Source: Acaryochloris marina MBIC11017 (GTDB lineage: Bacteria; Cyanobacteriota; Cyanobacteriia; Thermosynechococcales; Thermosynechococcaceae). From it: a DNA stretch of 32,000 bases. This document shows, in pieces, positions 17,901 to 26,513 of the stretch. Location of the stretch: contig NC_009925.1 in assembly GCF_000018105.1 (NCBI RefSeq), positions 6,420,001 through 6,452,000 on the forward strand. The letters are read 5' to 3'. The translations under genes and the position numbers were made by a program. The notes below the pieces were generated by a model that did not search any database, had not been told where the DNA came from, and worked only from the letters and a program-made list of their open reading frames with translations. Each line of letters opens with the position of its first letter. Position 1 is the stretch's first letter.

Positions 17901-19929
17901 TCCGCTGGTTTACATCTAGCAGCTGCCCTTGAAGGGTGTGAATGTATATACCGTCATAGGCTGTATTTAAGATGGTTCTTAAATCTTGTTGAGACTGTTT
18001 CAAAGCCACGGTGCGGCTTCGAACGCGTGCTTCTAGTTCTGAATTAAGCTGCTCCAGCGCTTTAATTCCTTGTAATCTTTCTAGTTCTGCCCCCGCTCTA
18101 GCCCCGAAGATCTGCAAAATGGAATATGCAAATTCTCCATCAGGAATGGGAGAAGAACTTAAGCAGCATAAGACTCCGATGGGCTTCCCTGCAGAGTCTT
18201 GCAGAATATAGCCGATGTAACTTTCTGCGTTCAGGTGAACCAAATCTGGATCTCCAGGAAAGGTCTCCTGCACCCCTCTTTCACAGCAGTAGGCACCATC
18301 CCTCAGGGTTATTTCACAGGGAGTATGTGAGATGGGGTAGAGCACATTGGGCTGCATTTTGCCATCGGAGAAGAAAGCTAGGGTGGAAAGGTCTTCTCCA
18401 TCTACTTGAGACAGCATCACTTCAGACATATTGAGAGTTGAAGCGATTTCTTGGACCAAGACTTGGAAGAAATCATCTCCTGTGACTTTTGAGGTTCCAT
18501 TAAATAACCCTGACAAAGCCAGCTCGGCTCGCTTGCGATCGCTGACATTTCGGATCAGAGCTAAAACTTGTCCTGGGTCAGCGGGAAGGATGCGAGCCTC
18601 ATAATATTGAGTAATATTTTCTCTGAACAGAGAATACTCAAATTGGTGAATCTGTTGCGACTCTAAGACTTCCGTCAAAACCGTTAGAAATTTATTCGAG
18701 ATTTCTTCAGGCAAAATTGACTGAATTTGTTTCCCCAAAAAGGCTTCAGGTTGATCAAATAGGTCATCTTGATAATGTCCTCCTTTGAAGCCCAATAATG
18801 TGCCATAGCTATTCACCCGCAGCAGCAAATCAGGGAATGTATCAAAAATGGCCTGTAATTCAGCATTGGAGCGCAGGATATCAGAGGAGTTTTCCTCCTT
18901 TTGTGCTCGACTTTGCTGTTGTTCTAAGGCAAGACCGGCGAGATCAAGTGCAATATCAAGAAATTTTTGCTCATATTCTGTTGGGACTCTGGAGGTTTTG
19001 AAATAAACTGCCATTATCCCTACGACCTGGATTTGACTATTTAAAATTGGAAAAGACCAACAGGACTGAAATCCTTGATCGATGGCGATTTGTTCTGTGG
19101 TGGTCAGAGGTGAATAGGTATTGAGTTCTGAGATCACGGGTTCCTTCGAACGAACCGCTTGACTCAGGGGGCCACCTGTATCAGAAATTTCAATCCTCTC
19201 GACGATATTGATCATCTCGGGTGGTAAATGAGGGGCAACCCCCAGACGTAAATAATGATAGGGATCAACGAACAGAACTGCCCCTCTACCCCCTAGCAGA
19301 TGGCATTCAAGACTATCCATAATTGTCTCTAATACTTCTATCGTCGGGGTCCCGGTGGCAAGTTGTTTAAGAATAGTCGTCTGAGCATCTTGCCAGCTCT
19401 CAATGTAGGCCTGTTGGGTCACATCTCGACTCACCATTAGCATTTGAGCGGGTTGGGCCAAAGAGAAAGACATTTCAGCAATAAAGGCTTCTCCTCCTTG
19501 GCGTTGGGCATATGTTTCACCTTGCCAGCCCTGATTGGGCAATAATTTGGGAAGAATATCTGTTTCTATTCGCCGGGCTTCTTCTTGGGAATAGAAGACT
19601 TGCCAAGGTTGCCCTAGCAATGGCTCTGGGGTTGAATAGCCAAATAGGTTCAAATGCTGGGGATTAACGTAGGTGATACATCCGGCTTCGCATAGTGCGA
19701 TCGCATCCGATGCACCGTCAAAAATAGAGTATGGATGCGCATCTAAGCTGTTTCCGACCAAAGCTGAATGAGCTGGATCTGAGAGGGCAACTTGTTGTTC
19801 TAATTGATGGCAATACTCGACTAGCTCCTGGTGCAAAGAGCCCGACTCAACCAAAACCTGAGTTAAAGTGCTGAGGAGTTGTTGATTGCCCTTTAGATTC
19901 ATCATCCTTCCCCTGGCAGACCTACTCAC
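14923..19929 (-). CDS. Large multi-PAS/GAF hybrid sensor histidine kinase with a C-terminal REC and an extra helical tail
   Basis: Alternating PAS and GAF modules, including two GAFs with the TPCE/TPCL...SY.G motif. H-box MSHELRTPLN, N-box LLNLLSNAIKFT, G-boxes DTGIGI and GTGLGL, REC (LLIVDDSAVNR...SDLVMPNKDG...PKP). The listed start is GTG 19929; ATG-ATG at 19905/19902 is preceded by GGAAGG. Confidence 0.9.
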   Translation of the reverse strand: MSRSARGRMMNLKGNQQLLSTLTQVLVESGSLHQELVEYCHQLEQQVALSDPAHSALVGNSLDAHPYSIFDGASDAIALCEAGCITYVNPQHLNLFGYSTPEPLLGQPWQVFYSQEEARRIETDILPKLLPNQGWQGETYAQRQGGEAFIAEMSFSLAQPAQMLMVSRDVTQQAYIESWQDAQTTILKQLATGTPTIEVLETIMDSLECHLLGGRGAVLFVDPYHYLRLGVAPHLPPEMINIVERIEISDTGGPLSQAVRSKEPVISELNTYSPLTTTEQIAIDQGFQSCWSFPILNSQIQVVGIMAVYFKTSRVPTEYEQKFLDIALDLAGLALEQQQSRAQKEENSSDILRSNAELQAIFDTFPDLLLRVNSYGTLLGFKGGHYQDDLFDQPEAFLGKQIQSILPEEISNKFLTVLTEVLESQQIHQFEYSLFRENITQYYEARILPADPGQVLALIRNVSDRKRAELALSGLFNGTSKVTGDDFFQVLVQEIASTLNMSEVMLSQVDGEDLSTLAFFSDGKMQPNVLYPISHTPCEITLRDGAYCCERGVQETFPGDPDLVHLNAESYIGYILQDSAGKPIGVLCCLSSSPIPDGEFAYSILQIFGARAGAELERLQGIKALEQLNSELEARVRSRTVALKQSQQDLRTILNTAYDGIYIHTLQGQLLDVNQRTLDIHGLTRDKILQMNLTDLVSEDSLQLFQKHFQQAEQGISLQFEDIAKNFQDSMASLPVEIRIRKVALKRNPVLITTLSDISRRKQQQTAIESIVKGTADKTGSDFYQSCVQYLANIFRVHYAFVAKIKDETWTQSRVLAMWTGDSFATPYDFDLSDTPCLETYRHEWCCVPNDLSAKFPTLSRHLSPQGESYISCLIKNSQGQVIGNLGIIDTKPLPVDTSNLEFVLQLFATRVGAEMERQASEDALRRSQKQLQAVIDNSPAAIYLKDLEGKYLIFNRVLGELFDIDPQTFLGKTDFDLFPRQIAEKLRKNDINTLAAGQVQTIEEVVTHADGSRHTYIANKFPVLDPQGHVYAIGGVSTNISDRKRTENQLRESQQLLRLVIDNIPQLIYWKDHDSIYLGCNQNFAASMGLDSPEQVIGKTDDALSKPHKHLAASQQNDERVISTGIPELHVLQIFNTEQNGNVWADTNKIPLKDPFDNTVGILGTYEDISDRKQAEQALKQVNEELEHRVVLRTKELQAAKEAADAANRAKSDFLANMSHELRTPLNGILGYAQVLKRDHHLLPCHQQALNTIHQSGEHLLTLIDDILDIAKIEARKLELNISDIHFPSLLESIVNLFQMRAQEKNIQFVYRPADSLPQGIQSDKKCLRQILLNLLSNAIKFTDQGQVTLSVEIEQHTSQQIKLKFTITDTGIGISPDQIEQIFHPFEQVGDLNRRAEGTGLGLSISRQLVELMGGTLQAESCEEKGSTFWFSIPYKFSKQSVPAQTIGGPIVGYDGPPRRLLIVDDSAVNRTVLVAMLEPLGFLLELAEDGQQGLEKAIECKPELILSDLVMPNKDGWAMIKEIRQIPELKSIPIFAISASVQAVDQQLSQDAGCDAFIPKPVEDIALYDLLAEYLQLEWNFASSSAAQTTNDSDLTTLVVPDQGCLQRLFELAMLGNMTQIRREASGLVASKPQLAPFANQLISLAHNFEDEKIMVFLQHFLPHE

Positions 19930-20048
19930 TCCAGCATACCCTTATGACTTGAGATGCCCTCACGTCTAGAAATTTTGCTTCTCAGGCAGAAAAACTTGTA
20001 AAAAGAGAATATTGCAGCTGAACCCATAAAATTATTACTAATTTAGGG

Positions 20049-22124
20049 TCATTGTACTGAGGCCCCCACCAGAGGCTCAATTAACTGAATGATGATATCA
20101 AACCGAAAATTTTCTGAAAGGGACAGCAATTGTTTGCGAATTACCTCATGTTCTGTTGGTAATTCGGCTAACAGGTTGGCGGTGCGATTAGGGTCAAGAC
20201 TTAAAGCTGCATCATAAAGATACTGAAGTTGGTCACTCTCAATGAACTCTAACTGTTCTGAAGTCAGGGGAGACAACGTTTCAGGCTTTGGAGGACCCTC
20301 ACCATCGTAGAGATATTCAACCCCTAAATGTAGAGCCAGTTTCTCAAAGATCTCGGATTCTTGAAACGGTTTACGGACAAAGTCATCAAAGCCTAAGGCC
20401 AACGCTTTTTCTTTATCTTCTTCAAAGGCAAAGGCTGTGAGTGCAACAATCACTGGAGCGGGTGCGGAATGATTTGCTTTAATCTGCTCCGTCGTCTCAT
20501 AGCCATCCTGCCCTTCCATACGAATATCCATCCAAATTAGATGAGGATGCCAATCTAGCCACTTCGAAACAGCGGCCTCTCCACTATAGACAGCCTGAAC
20601 TTCAAATCCCACCATACTCAGCAGCTTAGTCAGGAAACTACAGTTATCGGGTTGATCATCCACAATTAAAATTCGATAGACTGGCTGATTAGGAGCCAGA
20701 CCTGTTACCTTCGCTTTTTCGACTAAGGATGTCTTTCCGCAAGCCTGAGCCCGCTCCACGGGCACTGAAAATTTAAAGCAACTGCCAGCACCTAGGGAAC
20801 TGGAAACAGACAAATTCCCCCCCATCAAAGATACAAATTGATGGCTAATTGCCAACCCCAAGCCTGTCCCTTCGTCCACGACGCTTCGGGCCTGTTCTCC
20901 TTGAATAAAAGGGTGAAAAATATTCTCTAACTCGCTCACTGAGATGCCAGGACCAGAATCTCGAACTTCGAAATTTAGCCAGTAGTGAGGAGTGAGGGGA
21001 AGATGAAGCTCCTCATTTAGCTTCGACACGACAGTGGTTTGATGAATTCGAAAGGTGATATGCCCTTGCTCAGTAAACTTAATGGCATTGCTCAACAAAT
21101 TCATTAGAACTTGGCGAAGCTTTCCTTCATCGGTGCGTACATAATGGGGCAAGTCTGATCCCCATTCCAACTGATAATCCAGACCTTTATGTTGAGCTTT
21201 GGTCGTCCAAATATCTTTTAGTGTTTTCAGTAATTCATGAAAATTAAATGTATCAATGTTTAGAACCACCTGTCCTGAGTCAATGCGGGATAAATCCAAA
21301 ACGTCATTAATCAGTGCCAATAAGTGTTTGCCACAGCGATTAATGGTTTCTAATTCTTTGGTAAAGGACTGGAGCTGAGGTTCTCGGGCTAACAATTGGG
21401 TATAGCCCAACACTGCATTCAGAGGGGTCCGCAACTCATGGCTCATATTCCCCAAGAAAACGCTTTTGGCCTGATTTGCTTTGACCGCCTGCTGCTTAGC
21501 AATCGTTAAAGCCTGGTTTTGAGCAATCAGTTCTTGCTGTTGTCGTTCAATTTGTTGGTTCGCAACGATTTGTTGACTGTAGAGAGTATCCAACTCTTTG
21601 TTTGTTGCATCTAAAGTCACTAAATCTCGATAGGAGCGCAAGGTTGTAATTACGGTTGTGAGTAACCGCTGTCGCGTGAGATCGATTTTTAAACGGTAGT
21701 CATTGATATCATAATCCCTGATGACATCTAGTTCAGGCGCTTCACCGGGTTGCCCTGTCCTCAAAATAATTCGGATAATCTGATTATTTAAAGTCTTGCG
21801 AACATACTTCACCAGCTCTAGACCTGCTTGGCTGGTTTCCATCACAACATCCAGGAGTAGCAAAGCAATATCAGGATGGTCGTGCAAAACTGTTTTTGCC
21901 TCAGCCCCTGAATATGCAGACAGCAAATTCAACGGTCTATATTCAAATTCAAAGGAACCGCAAGCAAGAATAGTTGCTTCATGAACCTCTGGATCATCAT
22001 CAACAATCAGGACTTTCCACGCAGGCAAAATAGAAGCATTGGCTTGTTCGATGCATTCACTCGGGTCGTCTTCAATTACAAAGATAGGTGCATCAGGCAT
22101 GAGGCTATCATCTGGATTGTACAT
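20049..22124 (-). CDS. Hybrid histidine kinase: REC (DUF3369-like extension), coiled coil, HisKA-HATPase, REC, helical tail
   Basis: REC1 VLIVDDDPEV...LLLDVVME...ILRTGQPG...INDYRLK, H-box MSHELRTPLN, N-box LMNLLSNAIKFT, G-boxes DSGPGI and GTGLGL, REC2 ILIVDDQPDN...WMDIRMEGQDG...RKP. Confidence 0.9.
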   Translation of the reverse strand: MYNPDDSLMPDAPIFVIEDDPSECIEQANASILPAWKVLIVDDDPEVHEATILACGSFEFEYRPLNLLSAYSGAEAKTVLHDHPDIALLLLDVVMETSQAGLELVKYVRKTLNNQIIRIILRTGQPGEAPELDVIRDYDINDYRLKIDLTRQRLLTTVITTLRSYRDLVTLDATNKELDTLYSQQIVANQQIERQQQELIAQNQALTIAKQQAVKANQAKSVFLGNMSHELRTPLNAVLGYTQLLAREPQLQSFTKELETINRCGKHLLALINDVLDLSRIDSGQVVLNIDTFNFHELLKTLKDIWTTKAQHKGLDYQLEWGSDLPHYVRTDEGKLRQVLMNLLSNAIKFTEQGHITFRIHQTTVVSKLNEELHLPLTPHYWLNFEVRDSGPGISVSELENIFHPFIQGEQARSVVDEGTGLGLAISHQFVSLMGGNLSVSSSLGAGSCFKFSVPVERAQACGKTSLVEKAKVTGLAPNQPVYRILIVDDQPDNCSFLTKLLSMVGFEVQAVYSGEAAVSKWLDWHPHLIWMDIRMEGQDGYETTEQIKANHSAPAPVIVALTAFAFEEDKEKALALGFDDFVRKPFQESEIFEKLALHLGVEYLYDGEGPPKPETLSPLTSEQLEFIESDQLQYLYDAALSLDPNRTANLLAELPTEHEVIRKQLLSLSENFRFDIIIQLIEPLVGASVQ

Positions 22125-22663
22125 TTCCCTGAACCAATCACCTGCACGTTAGTTGGACCATATAGCACCAACACTCTCATGGAAATAAAATAAGACAGAT
22201 TAGAAGTAGCTTTAGCTGAGAAAGAAAGTTGTTAAACTCACTTGGGGCGAATCTATTATTCCCAATATCTATCTGATTCTACCGTAATCACAAAAAAGGT
22301 TATGTTTAACACCAAATAGGGCGCAAAGCGTTAACTTTATCAACAATTCAACCTTCATCTATCAGGGCTGTGCATTTAGCTTATTTTTTATCCGTCAAAC
22401 TATACATTGATGGAGAAAATAATTGATCAATCTAGTCTGTCTACTACGTCATAATAGGGTGTGATTTTAATCCCATTCATGTCTTATTTGTGTGAGTAAT
22501 GCAATGAACCCTGTAATGAGTGCGTTCATAATGGTTTGAGTCACCAGGATGGCTCATTTGATGCGTTTGATACTTACCTCAACTCGAAGTGACTGAAACG
22601 TACACTTTGGCTGAATAATGGGCATCCTAAGTAAGGAAGATAAGTCACAGGGCAATATTCGGT

Positions 22664-23092
22664 ATGTTGCTAATTGATCAGGTAGACCTGGAAGCAAGAG
22701 GAATTACATGCCAAGGGGTTACCGAATTTGTTTTTTTAGATAAATGTTTTCAGAAGGGACAAACCTTTGAAAACTCCCAGCGGGAAAGGGCAATTGCTTC
22801 CTGTCGTCAAATGCTGGACGATGGTTTGATGAGCTTAATTGTAAATTATCAAAGCCATTTCACAATTTGGGTGGAATCTGAGCAGTCGTCATCTCCCCGT
22901 ACATCTTCATCGGCCACGCAGCCCTCCCATCCGAATGAGGCAGAAACCAATTCAGCAGATTGGAGTTACAAGCAAATCATGACCAAGCTCAATGAGCCGA
23001 TTAACATGAAAACGGTCATGGCTAAATTGAATGAGCCCATCAGCTTCAAGTCAATTTTTTCTAAAGCTGAAAAAAAACAATCTTCGGATTAA
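22664..23092 (+). CDS. Hypothetical protein with a C-terminal 13-aa tandem repeat
   Basis: 142-aa ORF. Its C-terminus holds IMTKLNEPINMKT / VMAKLNEPISFKS repeats (22976-23053). The shared KLNEPI core is encoded with four synonymous differences, which argues that the ORF is translated. Confidence 0.5.
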   Translation: MLLIDQVDLEARGITCQGVTEFVFLDKCFQKGQTFENSQRERAIASCRQMLDDGLMSLIVNYQSHFTIWVESEQSSSPRTSSSATQPSHPNEAETNSADWSYKQIMTKLNEPINMKTVMAKLNEPISFKSIFSKAEKKQSSD

Positions 23093-23123
23093 ATTATTAG
23101 ACTAGGCAATTATAGGGACAACA

Positions 23124-23160
23124 CCATAGTGACAAAAGATTTGATCTTCTATCACTATGG
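23124..23160. other. Long hairpin between convergent genes
   Basis: CCATAGTGA (23124-23132) pairs with TCACTATGG (23152-23160), a perfect 9-bp stem. An inner AAGAT-ttg-ATCTT helix is also possible. A7 follows on the plus strand, so T7 precedes on the minus strand. Confidence 0.4.
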
Positions 23161-23191
23161 CTGAAAAAAACGGTTAGATTATCAGGATTGA

Positions 23192-24502
23192 TTATTCAGA
23201 CGGTTGTACCTGGCCGATGACATTGAGTTTGCCATCCTCTTTAACGGTCCAAACATCATAGACCCCTAAGACATCTCCATTTTCATCAATATCGACGTTG
23301 CCACTAGCTCCTTGATAGTTGATCTCTTCGCCTTTCTCTAGGAGTTTTAAGGCTTCACAAACATCAGTCGTTTCAGTTCCAGGGCCGTTAGCAACATCAC
23401 GAAGCTTGGCTGCGATCGCATCTCCAGAATTGGACTTGGCAGCTTGGGAAGCTAGTAATACTAAGGCAGTGGCATCCCAGCTCTGAGGAACATAGGCCGG
23501 GGGCGCTTCATTCTTTTTAGACTTCCATAGCTCTGTCAAGGATTCTAGGGCTGTTCCATTGGCGCCAGGGACTGTACCAATGGCCTTGGTAATAATAAAT
23601 TTGCCATCACTGGTTTTACCGACTTGACCGGCAAATTCATCAGATTTAACGCCGTCTGTGAGCATCACCTGTACCCCTTCCATCAATCCTTGTTCATAGG
23701 CTGACTTTAAGAGAAGCGCTCCAGTTTCTGGATAGAGAATGGCTACCACAGCATCGGGTTTATTGGCAAAAGCTGCGGCTGCTTCTGTATCGAAGGTGGT
23801 TGCTTTGGGATCGTAACGGGTCGGTTTGGCTTCATTGAGAATCGTCCCCCCTAGCTTTTTGAAAGATTTGATAAATTCTTGTTCAAAGCTGACGCCATAG
23901 TCGTTATTGATAGCGACGGTAGAAACTTTCTGAAATCCTCTTTCCTGGGCCAACTTTGCTAGGGCTCGGGCTTGGTAAGTATCTGGTGGAGCCGTTCTTG
24001 CCCAATATTGGGTTTCACCGGACTTGAAATCGCCTTTCTGGGCACGATCCGTAAATTCTGTGCTGGTACTACCAGGAGAGATGAGCAGAACCTTGTTGCG
24101 AACCGCCACATCAACCGCTGCTTGGGAGACGCTACTAGCAAAGGACCCGACCACCGCAGATACTTTCTTCACTTCTACCAGGTTAGTCATGGCTTGACTG
24201 CCCTTAGTCGGATCGGTTTCATCATCTTCAGACGTCAGCTCAACGGGCTTGCCGTTCACTCCACCACAGGCATTTACGGTTTCCACCAGCAGAGGTACCG
24301 TATCAATCATCGGTACACCTAATGGTGCCAAGTCTCCTGTTGAGGGTAAGAGGGAGCCGATTTTTAAGCCCTCACCTTCTCCTGAGCCAGGGGAATTCCC
24401 TCCGACTTGACAGGCGCTTAACAATAAAACAGAGGCTAAAGCGGTAAACCGACGCAGTTGGCGAGGGTTTAGGGCTTGAAACAGTGCTTTTGGGTTATTC
24501 AT
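23192..24502 (-). CDS. ABC-transporter periplasmic substrate-binding lipoprotein, LivK/NatB (branched-chain/neutral amino acid) family
   Basis: Lipobox LLSAC after a basic N-terminus, followed by a Gly/Ser linker. Typical type-I binding-protein core (IGSLLPSTGDLAPLG, VVGSFASSV, LISPGSTS, INNDYG). No permease or ATPase genes are adjacent. Confidence 0.85.
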   Translation of the reverse strand: MNNPKALFQALNPRQLRRFTALASVLLLSACQVGGNSPGSGEGEGLKIGSLLPSTGDLAPLGVPMIDTVPLLVETVNACGGVNGKPVELTSEDDETDPTKGSQAMTNLVEVKKVSAVVGSFASSVSQAAVDVAVRNKVLLISPGSTSTEFTDRAQKGDFKSGETQYWARTAPPDTYQARALAKLAQERGFQKVSTVAINNDYGVSFEQEFIKSFKKLGGTILNEAKPTRYDPKATTFDTEAAAAFANKPDAVVAILYPETGALLLKSAYEQGLMEGVQVMLTDGVKSDEFAGQVGKTSDGKFIITKAIGTVPGANGTALESLTELWKSKKNEAPPAYVPQSWDATALVLLASQAAKSNSGDAIAAKLRDVANGPGTETTDVCEALKLLEKGEEINYQGASGNVDIDENGDVLGVYDVWTVKEDGKLNVIGQVQPSE

Positions 24503-24698
24503 GATGTATTCTTTTGATCCTCACCCGGTAGAGTCTTTCCGTTATCAATCGAATGGTATATCGCTGATGACGTTAAGTCTAAATTAAATCAGCAAATTCA
24601 ATGAATTTGGGTAAAAGGGAATGATGTCTTAGGAGATAATGAATCACCTAGGCTTCTGATTCTTCGAGCATCCCCAAGCATCTTCTATCGGCTGGGCA

Positions 24699-25964
24699 AT
24701 GGTTTTTATTCTTTTTGTCAGTGGACTAGCGTTTTATTTAGCCTGGAATTTAGGGGCCAATGATGTCGCGAATGCCATGGGGACATCGGTGGGTTCCAAA
24801 GCGGTTACCCTACGACAGGCTCTGGTGATTGCTGGGATACTTGAATTTACAGGGGCCGTTGTGTTTGGCCGCCAAGTCATTCAAACTCTGACCCGTGGGG
24901 TGGTAGATGCCCAAGCCTTCGCTAACATGCCTCAAACCTTGAGTTTAGGCATGATGTCGGTGTTGATGACCTGTGGCCTATGGCTACAGATCGCCACTTG
25001 GCGAGGCTGGCCTGTGGCCTCTTCCCATGCCACCATTGGGGCGCTAGCAGGATTCAGTCTCGTGGCTCTGGGGACATCGGCGGTGCAGTGGTCCATGTTG
25101 GGGATTATTTCTTTATCTTGGCTACTAACACCTGTTACCAGTGGAGGGATAGCAGCCTTAATTTACCACCTTATCGCCCAAGGAATTCTGAAGTCTCCAG
25201 ATCCCGTTTCCCGCCTGAATGAATGGATTCCCTGGTTGAGTGCGGGCCTGGTCAGTATTTTTGGTGTGATTGTACTGCCTCAAGTCACCCATCCCCTTTA
25301 CCAAGTGCTGCAAGCGCGTTGGCACTGGCAACTACCTGAGCAAGATCTTGCGATCGCAGTGGGTCTCACGGCAATTTTGACGTTAACGACCTGGAGTTGG
25401 CAGAAACTCGATCGGTCTTCTGATGCCGTTAGCCTAGAAACTGACGCCACCGCAGTCGAAAACCAATTAGCACTCTTTCAAGTCTGTAGTGCCTGTTTTG
25501 TCGCCTTTGCCCATGGCTCTAATGATGTCGGCAACGCAGTGGCTCCTCTGGTCGTCATCACAGCTATTTTTTCGACTCAAGCAATCCCCACTGCAGGCGC
25601 AGCGGCTCCCCTGTGGATCATGATCTTAGGTGGACTAGGGATTGTGGTGGGATTAGCGGTTTCAGGGAAAAAAGTAATGACCACCATTGGCGAAGACATT
25701 ATTCCCCTGCAGCCTAGCAGTGGGTTTTGTGCTGAATTGGCCGCAGCCACGACAATTCTTCTCGCGTCTCGATGGGGACTACCTGTCTCTACGACCCATG
25801 CTTTAGTCGGTGGCGTGATGGGTATCGGCTTATCGCAACGGGGACAGACGATTCAGTGGGCTACCCTGAGGCAAATTGCTGGGGCTTGGGGCCTTACGTT
25901 ACCGATTTGTATGGGTCTAGGCGCACTTTTGTTCTCTGGACTACAGTTCCTCACCGGATTGTAG
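24699..25964 (+). CDS. Inorganic phosphate transporter, PiT/PHO4 family
   Basis: Duplicated signature GANDVANAMGTSVGS and GSNDVGNAVAPL, with about 10-12 TM helices. Confidence 0.9.
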   Translation: MVFILFVSGLAFYLAWNLGANDVANAMGTSVGSKAVTLRQALVIAGILEFTGAVVFGRQVIQTLTRGVVDAQAFANMPQTLSLGMMSVLMTCGLWLQIATWRGWPVASSHATIGALAGFSLVALGTSAVQWSMLGIISLSWLLTPVTSGGIAALIYHLIAQGILKSPDPVSRLNEWIPWLSAGLVSIFGVIVLPQVTHPLYQVLQARWHWQLPEQDLAIAVGLTAILTLTTWSWQKLDRSSDAVSLETDATAVENQLALFQVCSACFVAFAHGSNDVGNAVAPLVVITAIFSTQAIPTAGAAAPLWIMILGGLGIVVGLAVSGKKVMTTIGEDIIPLQPSSGFCAELAAATTILLASRWGLPVSTTHALVGGVMGIGLSQRGQTIQWATLRQIAGAWGLTLPICMGLGALLFSGLQFLTGL

Positions 25965-26428
25965 CCGGCATGTGGTCCTCAGAAATGGATGAGAGGTCTC
26001 CTCTGTTCTCAGATTTAGGGTGGGGCAATCTTCTTCTGGATCTGGACCGGAGTGTTAGCAGCCGCTGCTCTTTAGGAAGACGTTCCAATCGGATTGAATC
26101 TGAGAAATATATGTACTTATATTGCTGTGATAAGAATATTATAAAAATTATTGCAGATAGTTGATTTAATTGTTAGCTTATGCATGTAATAAAAAGCACC
26201 TCATGCTGAATATGCTGTCCACCATAAAAAGACTGCAAAATGTAGTGTTCAGCACAAACTTAATTGTGTTGTGCTCGTCTCAACCTTGAGGAGTCGATTG
26301 GATGCTTCAAGGAATAAGGACCATTAGTTTTGCAACTTTGTAACTATTTTTCTCAGAAAAGATTTTAATTTTTTCTCCCTCGCTTTTCGAGGTCTATTAG
26401 CAAGTTTTTATCTCAAGTCATTCACTCA

Positions 26429-26456
26429 CCTATCCTGTGGAGCGCTTAAGGATAGG
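26429..26456. promoter_or_regulatory. Inverted repeat upstream of the SDR gene
   Basis: CCTATCCT (26429-26436), 12-nt spacer, AGGATAGG (26449-26456): perfect 8-bp arms. The spacer contains the AGCGCT palindrome. It lies 58 nt upstream of ATG 26514. Confidence 0.3.
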
Positions 26457-26513
26457 ATTGCAGTGGATGGACGAAACGACCCATTTGTTAACCATTGTGT
26501 CGGGAGGTATCCC

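Noticed and set aside
25965-26090. Minus-strand translation resembling sigma-70/ECF region 4 (LERLPKEQRLLTLRS, then after a +1 shift PEEDCPTLNLRTEETSHPFLRTTCRLQ), just downstream of pit
   Set aside because: It needs a frameshift and has no start codon or upstream regions 2/3. It runs into the pit coding region on the opposite strand. At best it is a decayed relic; tblastn would be needed, so it is not reported as a pseudogene.
25772-26164. 130-aa plus-strand ORF overlapping the end of pit and extending into the spacer
   Set aside because: It is out of frame with pit for its first 190 nt, has no motif and a low-complexity sequence. It is most likely spurious.
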